Below, in pieces: positions 53,811-64,000 of a stretch of DNA of 64,000 nt. This stretch comes from the human T2T-CHM13v2.0 reference genome, Homo sapiens. The notes beneath the pieces were generated by a model. The model was given only the letters and a program-made list of their open reading frames with translations. It was not told where the DNA came from and did no database searches. Both the position numbers and the translations under genes were made by a program. The stretch's first letter is position 1. Every line of letters begins with the position of its first letter. The stretch is from NCBI RefSeq assembly GCF_009914755.1, contig NC_060929.1; one strand, given 5' to 3'.

Positions 53811-54506
53811 ATATAATATATTCATAGTTATTTGGATGTAGATTAAGGTGAGTTTGGGTAGCCCAAATTATTTTTAAGGGGTATTTCATCTAAATAGAAT
53901 TAGAAACCTCATTTTGGAAAGAGGAGCACGTCTTTATTCTACTTGATTTCATTTTAAAAATCAACTCTGAAAATTTCATTAGCCTTAGTGCTCTGGTTGG
54001 AAAAACAAATTTTCCAGAATCAGTGCTGGTGATGGCCTCATTTAGGAAATGCTGTTTTAGGGAAATGGCCTCAGGAAAAGCACGCAGATGTATGATCAGA
54101 ATGCATGTTATGTAACGTACCGTGGCTGATGTGGTCGGTGGGCACATCATCCGCCTGGGGGAGATAAGAGGTTTTCTGAATCTGCTCCAGCCAGATCTGA
54201 AAGAATGTGAGAGACACTGTGGTGGTGACTTCATCCCTATACCCCTCCCACTCCATGTCTCAGGCTTGACTTGCTGTATGAGAGCACAGGCCCTCCGAAT
54301 GTGTTAGAGCACTTCTTCCAATGTGGAAGCCAGGGCCCCTCTCTCAGTTGCTGAGTGTCCACTGGACATTTCTAGGTGGTTATTTGTTCCTCAGTGGGAC
54401 AGGATCTGTTCTCAGCACTGCCTTTAAGGCTGGCCCTGTCATTTCTCCTTGAGTCTTAGCTGTTGTTTAAATTAGCTGCTTGGTCAAGGTGTTCTCTGAT
54501 ATAGTT

Positions 54507-54525
54507 GATTGCCACCTAGTGGCCA
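54507..54525 (-). promoter_or_regulatory. Candidate CTCF binding site
   Basis: Minus strand TGGCCACTAGGTGGCAATC fits the CTCF core CCASYAGRKGGCR without mismatch. Motif only; occupancy unknown. Confidence 0.6.
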
Positions 54526-54596
54526 CAGGTAAGACCGTGTGTCACGGAAACGAGAAAAATGCTATGGAGAATTTTGTTTCATTCTAAGATTTGCAC

Positions 54597-54600
<4 letters not shown>

Positions 54601-54638
<38 letters not shown>
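54601..54638 (+). repeat. (TG)19 microsatellite
   Basis: Directly visible perfect repeat. Confidence 0.97.
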
Positions 54639-54642
<4 letters not shown>

Positions 54643-55269
54643 GTTTGTTTTTGCTAGTACAATGCCAGGAGTCTGGGCTGCAGAATGGTATTTACAAGGG
54701 ACTGTAACTTGCTTTTCTTATAATGAAGCACATCGAACTAGGTTTAAACTGCTACATACAGACTTGGGGAAATGGGGAGTCGTTGGAAATGCCTCTCTCC
54801 AAGCACAGTTTCTGATTGGATATGTTCTCAGTTTTCCCAGATACGGGGAGAAAGAAAAGAGCGATCTCTGGGGACTCTTCCTTAAACCATTTTAACTGCA
54901 ACCTGGGGCTTGTGCTGGGGCTAAGAGAGGACAGTTGGTTGTGGCCAGCAGTTGGGTTGTATGTAGCTCATTTCTCCAGCTTCCTTGGTATAGGTGAGGT
55001 TTTATTTTATGCTCCTGCTGGTGGTAGCTCTCCCTCCAGCTCTGTGGGACTCTTCCTCAATGGACAACATGAAGGGAGGTGGTCACATGCTAATAGGAAG
55101 CACATTCCCACATATATATCAGGCTCTAGCCAGACTTACATAAGTTGGAGAGTTTGTCCTAACTTACCTGCTTTTTTTTTCACATGTCAAACATTGAGTT
55201 GGGAGGTTCACCTCTGATGAAGGCTAATGGACTTATGGAGTGCCCAACTTCCTCTCTCTTTGTTCTTTC

Positions 55270-56160
55270 TGCAATACCTGCTCTCAGTCAAGCAGTAGAG
55301 TGTTGGGCTTTGGGGATAGAGTGGTGAGCATGAAGGGATATGATCCTCATCCTTATAGAATGTACTAGTTGGGGAGGCATTACTTGAAGAGAAGAATTAC
55401 CTGAACAAATATAAAATTGCTCTGAAGAAAAGATCTATAGTATAGTACTCAGAGAGTGAGAAATAGGGTTGGGTTTGGCCTGATTAGAGAAGTCAGGGAA
55501 GGCTTCCTGGAGGAAAGAACTTTTGGGCCAAGGGCTGCAGGCAGAGGTGGCATGTGGTGGCAGGTAGGAGTTGGGCATGCCCCGGGAACTGGCAGAGGCT
55601 GGAGCAGCTGGAGCCCAGAGAGGGGTGTGGGGAGGCCAGACCCTGCAGGGCCTCTCAGGCCTTGGGAGGGACTTTCGTCTTCACCTCCAGAGCTCTGGGA
55701 AGCCATCACAGGGCTCACTGCTGGTATTGACACAACTGGGTGGAGAACTGATTTGACGGACAAAAGTGGATGTGGGGAGGCCAGAGAGGAGCAGTTGCAG
55801 TTATCTGGGCAAATGGAGGTGTTTTGTTTAGGGGTTGCTGATAGTGATGGGAAGGAGTGGGCAGAATTGAGATGTGCTTAGGAGACTTGGGAATGGACAT
55901 GGCACATGAGGGAGCCTGCTGTGTGAGAGGATGACATGTACTGGTGACTTGTGCGGCAGGGTGAATGGTGGTGCCCTTCGTTACACTGGGGATGCAGGAA
56001 GAGGCCCTCGGCTGGCTCTCTGGGGAGAGGGTGGCAGAGGGTGTTTGAGTAGAGAGAGTTTTGTTTTGAGTGTGTTGAGTTTGACCTAGGAATGGGGGTG
56101 TGGGCTAAACCTGAAGTCTCTCTGGGGCTCGTGTCCATCCATGTCTCAGCTGTCTGTCAT
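55270..56160 (-). mobile_element. L2 LINE fragment
   Basis: agtcagggaaggcttcctggagga; ttgttttgagtgtgttgagtttga. Confidence 0.7.
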
Positions 56161-56482
56161 GGGTCCTCTCTGGAGACTCTCAGGTATTCCACCTGTAAGC
56201 CAGCTTGTGTTTCCTTGCCCGCTCACATCGTACAACAGGTTTGGAGGGACACTGTGTCCAGCCCTGTCCGAGGCACTCTTTGTGCATTGTGACATGAAGC
56301 CATTCATGACTAGTTCCAGAATTATTCCAAATACAAGGTGATGAGGCACAGAGAGTAACTGGCGTCCAGGAAAGGAAGAGATTAACAAGGCCCGGGGACT
56401 TTGGTATTCTTGAACTTTAGGCAGCCATGAGGCCAATCCTGTTGCAAGTTCTAACCTCAATGATGGCCTTTCTGAGCTGTAA

Positions 56483-56790
<308 letters not shown>

Positions 56791-59700
56791 GAACTGTAAT
56801 CACTTTCTAAGTCCAAAGGGAAAGATGTGACTGAGCAGCAAAACATTTCAAGGGTAGTTAATACACAATTTTGGTAACTTTGGAGGTCACAAAGGCAATA
56901 GATGCACTGAAAATACAGTAGTAAGGTTACCTGAGTCCATGTTTGTGTGTGCACATGTATGTTAAGTTTTACCCAAGGAGAAAAAGGAAATGGCTTGACT
57001 TGTGGTATTACTGGTACAACTTGTATAAAATTAAGGTAGATTCTAATTTTTAAAAAATTATGGTAAACCTTCTGTGTTAGTGAAAGTTGGATCTATTTGG
57101 GTTAAATTCTCTTAAATCCGGTGCAGATTAATATCTGCTGGCATCTCCAAGAAAAGAAGGGCACTTCCTCTAGTCCCTGAGTGAGCAGGTGGCTCTGGGA
57201 GCAGTCTCTCAAGGCCCAAACTTCTAGCTGCTTCCATATTTCTTAGCCATCTGGTCCCCTCACTCAGAGAAGCACAGCCCTACCTACTCTGGAAAGCAGA
57301 TACTTGGCCTCCCCAGATGCCGGCAGTTATGACTTCCCTCCACTCTGGCCAGCATTCTGCTTTTCTAGCAACAGATGTTTCTGCAAAGTAAATATTATTG
57401 ACTCTGCTTGGCTCCTTGCTGTGTCTTGCACTGCCTGCACATGAAACAGCAGGGTTATATGAGGAGGGTGCCACGACGCTTGGCATGCACCCAGCACCAG
57501 TGCCAGCCTCTTCTCTTTTCTCTCTCCTCTTATTGGAATGTGTGTGTTAGATTCCTGTGTGCATCAGAGGGAAAGCTCTTGAAATAAATCTTTGGGCTGC
57601 TCCATATCCAAGGTGAAAATCTACATAAGATACCACCAATCTTACTGGATTGAAATTGGCAAGAAGCAATGGTTTTTAGGTAGAGAGTTCTCTTTTTAGT
57701 GTTGTTTTCAATCTCTCAAGTAACATAGAGGGTTTACCTTAATGGGGTGAAGTGGTATGGTGTTCCCACATACTACAAGGATCTCAGTTCACAGGACTTA
57801 AGTCACAGGTCCTCTCCTTAGTGGCCTTGCACTCTTAGGTCAGTCCTTTAACTTCTCCGAGCTCCAAACAGTTATTCATGCTTACCTTTCCTGGTTCCTC
57901 TTACTGGAGGATTCATATATGAGGAAAGAATAGCCCAGCTATACCTAGAACTGAGTCTTGTGATGTGCAGAGTGCCTATACAGTGTTTCTCACTGGATCC
58001 TCCCTGCCTAACCCACGGGCTGACAGCCTCCGTCAGATGAGATAACTGAGACTTTATGACTAACCCAGGGTTGGTTACATATCTGATCTATGTTGGAGCT
58101 GGAACTTGAACCCAGGAGCTGTGGGATTGGGGTGGGGGCAAGGGGTTGGGGTTGATCACCCTGTCACCATCACCCCATAGAATGCAAGTGGAGAAGGGAG
58201 GTTCTCCAAAACAAGCTTGAGATGCTGTCCCAAAGTCTGGGGAATGGATTCCAAACAAGTAAAAGGACAGGTGTCCACTTTAGCTGTACTGAAAAATTCC
58301 TCTATCAAGCCTGAGGTGAGTTCCTTTTTCAGGTCCATTCATCAGGATTCTCGCTCTACCCAGCTTTCCTCATTGGCTTGAAGCCCAATACTGACTCCAT
58401 ACCAGCAGTCATTACCTAATCGTCTATCGGGGGATCGGCCTGTCCTTCAGCTTCATGGGGTCCTCACTGCTTCTCAGGCTTGCACTGTGGCAGGGTGTGC
58501 TCTGTGCCAGTGGACAAGGAAATCAGGTCACCTGCTGGTCATAAGCTAACAGGCCCTGCCCTGGTTCAATGGGTGCCCCTGTGCAGAAGCCTCACAAAGG
58601 CCCCGTTGTGCATGACCAGCCACTCCCTGATCCTCCTGGCAGCTGCCCTTGGCAGTGCGGCTTTTCAGGTGTGTGCTGGGAGCTTTCCCGAGCCTGGCTT
58701 GCATTTCACCTGTTTCCACTTTGTTGAGATGATTGAGTTTCTCTTGCTTATGGGGGAGGCACAGGATTGTCGGGTGGGTAGAAAGGCAAACCTGTGTTAC
58801 TCTTAGTGCAGACTTTGTGCGTTCTCATCAGGGAACATTCTGACTAAAATGGGAATGTGTATAACCACACCCACATTTGATGCACACACATTTGGAGGCT
58901 CTAACAGAACATTGTCTTCCACTCTAAAATATTATTCTTTCCCTTTTTTCTTGTGTCTACCTGTAGCCTCCTCCTGCCTTCCTGCCCACGGTGTTCTGGC
59001 TTTTGGGTGCATCTGTTTCCTTCCTGGCTTGCCTTTTGTGATTTGTGTTCTGAGGGATAGCCTCAGCCTGGGCTGGCCATTTTTGTCAGATGCCTGAGTC
59101 CCCTGCCAACATCTTTTGACATTTTGGTAAGGACCATTCTGTGAAAGTGACTGAACGAGGGAGAGATCGGAGACTGTTGGCTCCTGTGTTCCCCTTCTCC
59201 ACCCCAAGTGCCTTCTTTTGGTGTAGAGCAGAGCGCTTTGGACAAACCGCAGCTATCTCGGGACCGTGTCATCACAGCGTGTGGGAGGGCAGTCCAGGAG
59301 CAGGAGCTGCAGCTGCTGTCCATGCAGTAGCTTGAGCCCTGGTCCTGAGAACAGCAGCACAGCCCACGCCCAGCTCTTCCACTAGCAGCCATTGCTTGGA
59401 AGGAGCACTGGGGATTGGATTTGTATCCAGTGCCCCCACTCCCACCGCCCCCCACATTTATTCAGCATACACTGAGCAGGATGCACTGCCAGGTACACAG
59501 AGGAAACAAACCAAAACAAACAGAAAGGTGGAAAACACGATCCCTAACCTCAGGGGACAAATCTGGGAGCTAAGAAAAAGTACTGGGAGTCACGGATGCT
59601 TTTATTCTAGTAGCTTATGTTGATCTGTGCAGCCACAGTACACCCCCCCACCACCCATATCTTATTAAAGCCAGGCCTTGTTGCTGGTTCTGCCTCATGT

Positions 59701-60710
59701 TTCCCTCCCTTGGGCATTTGGACATAATGCCATTTCCCCTTCAATGAGGGAACCATGTATGAGGGTAATTTGAATGATTAGCCTAATCTGCAGGAAGACT
59801 GCACATGGAATTAAGTTAAGCACATTTGTCCTCAGCAGCCAGATCTGCCAGTCCACTTAAAGGTACCTTGGTGGTTTCATACCCTTAAGAGATGTTGAAG
59901 ACTCCGGAAGGATCACTGGCTTTCATTACTATCTTCAGTGAAAGTTTATGATGATGACTTTTTAATGATAAGGGCTCTTGAGAGTTTTTCTTATGGATAC
60001 TGCGTGTGGCATGTGTTTTTACCCTAATACAAAATGTTGCCGGGGCTTTGTTCTCCTGGTGGTGTTGGATGTGGCCAGCCAGGAAAATTCAGGTGAGCTT
60101 TGTCAGGCTGGTGGTCCACTCTGCTCATGAGGAGAGTGGAGAGGGTTGTGAGAACCTGGGCCTCGCCTGTGCTTGAGTCAGAAGAGGAAGGCCAGGTGCT
60201 ATGGGCAGGGCAGTTCCCAGCCCCTCCTTCCAGCCTTCTCCAGGCTCCCTCCCTAGTGAAAGTTTGTGTTGTGAGTAGGACCTAGGGGAAATTACTGTTG
60301 AGTCAGACTTGTGGGGGAAACTGCACTGACTGTGTGGAGGGTCAGTGGCAGAGCAGACCTGCAGGCTGTGGACACTAATGTTGGCTCTGATCCAAGCTTT
60401 CTCCCCGACTTCCTTTGGCAAGTGGATTCCCACATGTCAAACGGAGATGACAAGTTGCCTTTAGAAAGTAGAGATAGAACTTAAATTGTTAAAGCCAATA
60501 TAACAAAAATATTAACTTCTAGAACAAATCAGTGCTTCATATTGTAACCAAGTGTTGACTATTTTGAATTTATATTCTTTTGTGCTTTGAAATGGACTCA
60601 GGAACAAATCCGCCTCCTAAGATATTCCTAGAAGGACCAATAAGGGCAGCAAATCAGAAAGCCAGTTTAATTTTAGTAATTCCTGATTTTTCCTGTCTTT
60701 TTCTTGCTAG

Positions 60711-60806
60711 ATTTGTCTTCAGCGAAGCGGAAGTTTGCAGATTCCTTAAATGAATTTAAATTTCAGTGCATAGGAGATGCAGAAACAGATGATGAGATGT
60801 GTATAG
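60711..60806 (+). CDS. ARHGAP26: ARHGAP26 (GRAF1) internal coding exon (exon 2), BAR domain
   Basis: Pyrimidine tract and acceptor (tcctgtctttttcttgctag) end at 60710; donor GTAAGT at 60807. The 96 nt read in phase 1 give (N)LSSAKRKFADSLNEFKFQCIGDAETDDEMCI(A), which I recognise as the GRAF1 N-terminal BAR region. Too short to appear in the ORF track. Confidence 0.96.
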
Positions 60807-62420
60807 GTAAGTCATAACTGTGCAGAAGATAAAAATGTTCATTGTTTGTCATAGCCTTCAGTGTCCCAGCAGAGCCTTTTCCCTGAGATAGGAAGTCTCT
60901 AAGGTTAGTAAACAAAGAAGTCCTTAGTGGAAGTGGAGGGCCAGAGATATGTGAGGATCGGAGCTTGGGGCTACTCTGGTCTTCTCGAGTTTTGGGATTG
61001 CCTCACCCTCCAGCATGCAGGAGAGAAAGCTTGAAGTTTTGCAGTGGGACTCTCCTTTCCACCTCCCTTTAGTATTTTTCCGGCTGGTGACATTCTTCCC
61101 CTTCAACCATAGTACTAAGAGCTTAGAGCATATGTAGAACACAGGTAGATGAGGGGAAATTTAGATCAGAGGTTGCAAAATAATAGGCTGAGATGAGAAC
61201 ACAGCCCAGTTTTCTTTGGCTCTCATTTTTTAAAATTGAATTACCATATAAATTCAATTTATAATCTAAAATTCCAGTTTTCCAGCTTCTTTGAAAAGTT
61301 TGAGAATTTGATCTACTGGCTCCCTCTTCTGACCTGGCAGCAGTTGGCTGAGCTATGCGTCTGCCACTGCCTTCAGATAGGGAGAGGAGCTCCGTATCTG
61401 GTTCTCCTGTGCTGTGGACAGGGAGGTCCCCGCCACTCCTGTTTCCTTAAAAAGAGGCTGAGGTGGGTTACTGTTTATCACCACGGTGTGTTGCTTCACT
61501 CTTCACCATCACCTGCCTTGGTCTGTAGGCAGCCGTAAGCATGGAGGATTCGCAATGTCAAGACACCTTTCTTTGCCAGGGCCTTGTCATTGCACACTAT
61601 TCTTCTATAGGCACCTTGGTTGACTCCATTAAATGAGCGAGAATTGAGAAAGTTTTATTGGATTAATTAATTCATCAAATGCTTATTGAGTTCCTGTTGC
61701 CATGTAGAACATCAGCATCTGGGGCTGAGTACAGGCAATTGGGAGACAGCTGAGAATGGTGAAAATGTATCCTTGTAACTTGTGAATGTATGGCTGCTTT
61801 TCCCAACATGGCTCAAGGGTCTCGAGTATCCTCAGGGCCATTGCACGTAATGCTTATTGCTTTTATGAATAATTTTGGCAAAGACGACTGTTCATGTATG
61901 AGCACCATGCTTCGAGCTGCATTCTATTAATGAGTGGCTTGAGGACTCAGGAGGAACCCAAAGAGAAGCCAGAGATGTGGCTTCCAATGCCAGCAGCATT
62001 GTTTATTTAGCTCTGGTGCCAAAGAAAAGGCTGGGTTCTGACGCAACGCCATGACAAAGGTTGAGGAGGTCGAATCCAGACAGGAAATCCTTCAACTCCT
62101 AAGCGGAACTCTGCCCCTTCCAGCCCGGGGCCTGGAAGCCTGCCAGCATCTCACCAGTCCTGGATACTCTCAGGAACAGGCAGATCTTTTCCTTGAAGAA
62201 ATCATTCCCTAGCTAGAGTGCCAGGTGGAATTAACCTGCATTTCTGGGTCATCCTTAATGGTTAATGATTAAAAAGATGAAGGGAGCCTTGGGAAGCAAT
62301 TGACTTTAGGCATCTGTATGTGCCAAGGAATTAAAATCCATAACATAATAGCCAGAGCTGGAAAGGCTCCCCAAGGCCCATGACACTCCTTCCACCTCAT
62401 GGCCCCTTTCTGTTTTCCAG
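60807..62420 (+). other. ARHGAP26: ARHGAP26 intron 2 (1614 nt, GT-AG)
   Basis: GTAAGT...TTCCAG between two in-frame coding exons. Confidence 0.93.
61167..61535 (+). mobile_element. MER102-like hAT-Charlie fossil in intron 2
   Basis: cagaggttgcaaa start; tttccagcttctttgaaaa; gcttcactc...acctgccttggtctgtaggca. Confidence 0.6.
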
Positions 62421-62482
62421 CAAGATCTTTGCAGGAGTTTGCCACTGTCCTCAGGAATCTTGAAGATGAACGGATACGGATG
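62421..62482 (+). CDS. ARHGAP26: ARHGAP26 (GRAF1) internal coding exon (exon 3), BAR domain
   Basis: Acceptor cctttctgttttccag ends at 62420; donor GTGAGT at 62483. The 62 nt encode (A)RSLQEFATVLRNLEDERIRM, visible inside ORF 62399..62650. The split codon G|CA joins the previous exon in frame. Confidence 0.96.
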
Positions 62483-63065
62483 GTGAGTAGGGCTGGGCTA
62501 CTCTTGGTCCCAGATAGTATATTCGTGTTGAGGGAGCAAGGGATGGGTATCAGAAGAACTAGATTCAAATCCAGACTCTGCCATTTGAATGTTTTGAGCT
62601 CTTCAGCAAGCCTCATCTTTGTAGAGTTTGAAGGCTTTTGTAAATATTAAAGGATTACTCTGGTGGATAACTTTAGAACAACGTAGTTAAATGATGTCCT
62701 TCTGAAGATTCATTTTAAGGTCTTTTCATAAGGTGTATGACTTAAGGGTGGATCTTTTGAATTATTTCACTTTTTTGGGCGTCGGATTCTCTACCAGCAG
62801 AATGGGAAAGAAGGTGCCCCACTCTGCCCCTCCCCCCATCTTATTGAACCTGATCAAGAGCTCTTTGAGGGCAGGATCACTTCCCTCTTCATTTTTAAGC
62901 ACCCAACACAGTGCCTGCCAGGTAGGAGGGACCCAGTAAACAGGTACTTTGTAATGAAGGTAACTATAAAAAGCTCTTCAGAGAGGCATTGTCCACATTT
63001 AAGAGTCAAATGCTGATCTCCAGGTTCTTAAGAGATATCTTTTGTACTAGAATTTATTGTTCTGG

Positions 63066-63348
63066 AAGACAGAGAGGGTCTCACTCTGTCACCCAGGCTG
63101 GAGTGCAGTGGTACCATCATAGCTCACTACAGCTTCAAACTCCTGGGCTCAAGCGATCCTCCTGCTTCAGCCTCCTGAGTAGCTAGGACTATAGGTGTGC
63201 ACCACTGTGCCTAGCTAATTTATTTTTGTTTTTTGTAGAGATGAGGTCTTGCTGTGTTACCCAGGCTGATCTCGAACTCCAAACCTTAAGTGATCCTCCT
63301 GCCTTGCCTCTCAAAATGCTGGGATTACAGGCATGAGCAACCCTGCCT
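63066..63348 (-). mobile_element. AluJ, poly-A tail eroded
   Basis: gggtctcactctgtcacccaggctgg...ctcctgggctcaagcgatcctcc. Confidence 0.9.
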
Positions 63349-63619
63349 ATAATTTATTCTGATATAGTTCAGCATTAGCAGATAAGAGATTCCACATCTA
63401 CAGGAAGTTCCTTTGCATTTTTCTCCATATCCCTAAGATATGAGGAATGAAGTCCCCTGCTGACTTGAAGTCCCCTGCTGCCTGTACACTGATTTTCTGC
63501 TAGGAGGGCGTGTCTTCAGGCAGCAGTGCTCTAAAGTCCTAGGAAATACTGCATCAATCAACATTTTCTTTTCTTCCCATGCTAACAGTTGGTAGTTCGA
63601 ACACTATTCACCAAGATGC

Positions 63620-63775
63620 ATTTTCTATTTTAACCCCCATGATGACTCTGGGAAGTGGTATCTATATTATCGCCATTTTTCAGATGAAGATATTGAGGTT
63701 TACAGAGGTTAAGTAACTTGTCACAGATCACACAGTTAATAAGTGATACAGTCTGGGTTCAAACCCAAGTCTGCA
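63620..63775 (-). mobile_element. MIR SINE
   Basis: attttttcagatgaagatattgaggtttacagaggttaagtaacttg...gggttcaaacccaagtctg. Confidence 0.8.
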
Positions 63776-63804
63776 TTATATTAAAAAATATTAAAAAATG
63801 TGGG

Positions 63805-64000
63805 GGCCAGGTGTGGTGGCTCATGCCTGTAATCCCAGCACCTTGGGATGCCGAGGTGAGAGGATCGCTTGAGCCTGGGAGTTCAAGACCAGTCTGGAGG
63901 CAACATAGTGAGACCCCATCTCAACAAATTTTTTTTTTTAAGAAGACTGGCATTGTGACGTATGCTTGTAGTCCCAGCTACTTGGGAGGAGGGAGGAGGA
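63805..64000 (+). mobile_element. AluJ, sense, cut by window edge
   Basis: ggccaggtgtggtggctcatgcctgtaatccc...aggatcgcttgagcctgggag. Confidence 0.9.

Noticed and set aside
55456-55881. 141-aa ORF and other 100-145 aa ORFs (e.g. 12614, 39992, 43276)
   Set aside because: They lie in decayed L2 or unique intron, many start at GTG/TTG, show no recognisable domain, and lengths are within chance expectation.
58490-58660. Possible MER91/hAT-Tip100-like remnant
   Set aside because: Resemblance too weak to call by eye; needs a Dfam search.
61840-61850. HRE-like TACGTGC (minus strand) in a mildly CpG-rich part of intron 2
   Set aside because: Single short motif with no ancillary element recognised; insufficient without chromatin data.
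62399-62650. 83-aa ORF as a standalone gene
   Set aside because: Only 62421-62482 is coding (exon 3); the flanks are intronic read-through past clear splice sites.

Overview
This is primate, almost certainly human, genomic DNA from inside the ARHGAP26 (GRAF1) RhoGAP gene, transcribed on the + strand. About 60.7 kb is the 3' part of a very long intron 1. It is followed by two short coding exons of the N-terminal BAR domain (60711-60806, 96 nt; 62421-62482, 62 nt), both with canonical AG/GT ends and a continuous reading frame, then the start of the next intron. Gene identity and exon numbering come from recognising the peptide from memory, not from a search. The rest is ordinary mammalian intron: 15 Alu copies (12 antisense, 3 sense, many with readable target-site duplications), MaLR MLT1 solo LTRs, DNA-transposon fossils (MER2, MER5, MER45B, MER102), many MIR and L2 fragments, and microsatellites. 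Nearly all ORFs in the supplied track are chance or Alu-derived. I found no evidence for a novel protein-coding or prokaryote-like system. The leads worth testing are RNA-processing and regulatory: recursive-splice-like AG|GT sites, candidate poison exons, closely spaced inverted Alus, a strong CTCF match, an AP-1/ETS/TEAD cluster, CpG-retaining patches, a transposon-donated antisense poly(A) signal, and recent perfect tandem duplications. Repeat subfamily calls and old-repeat boundaries were made by eye and are approximate.
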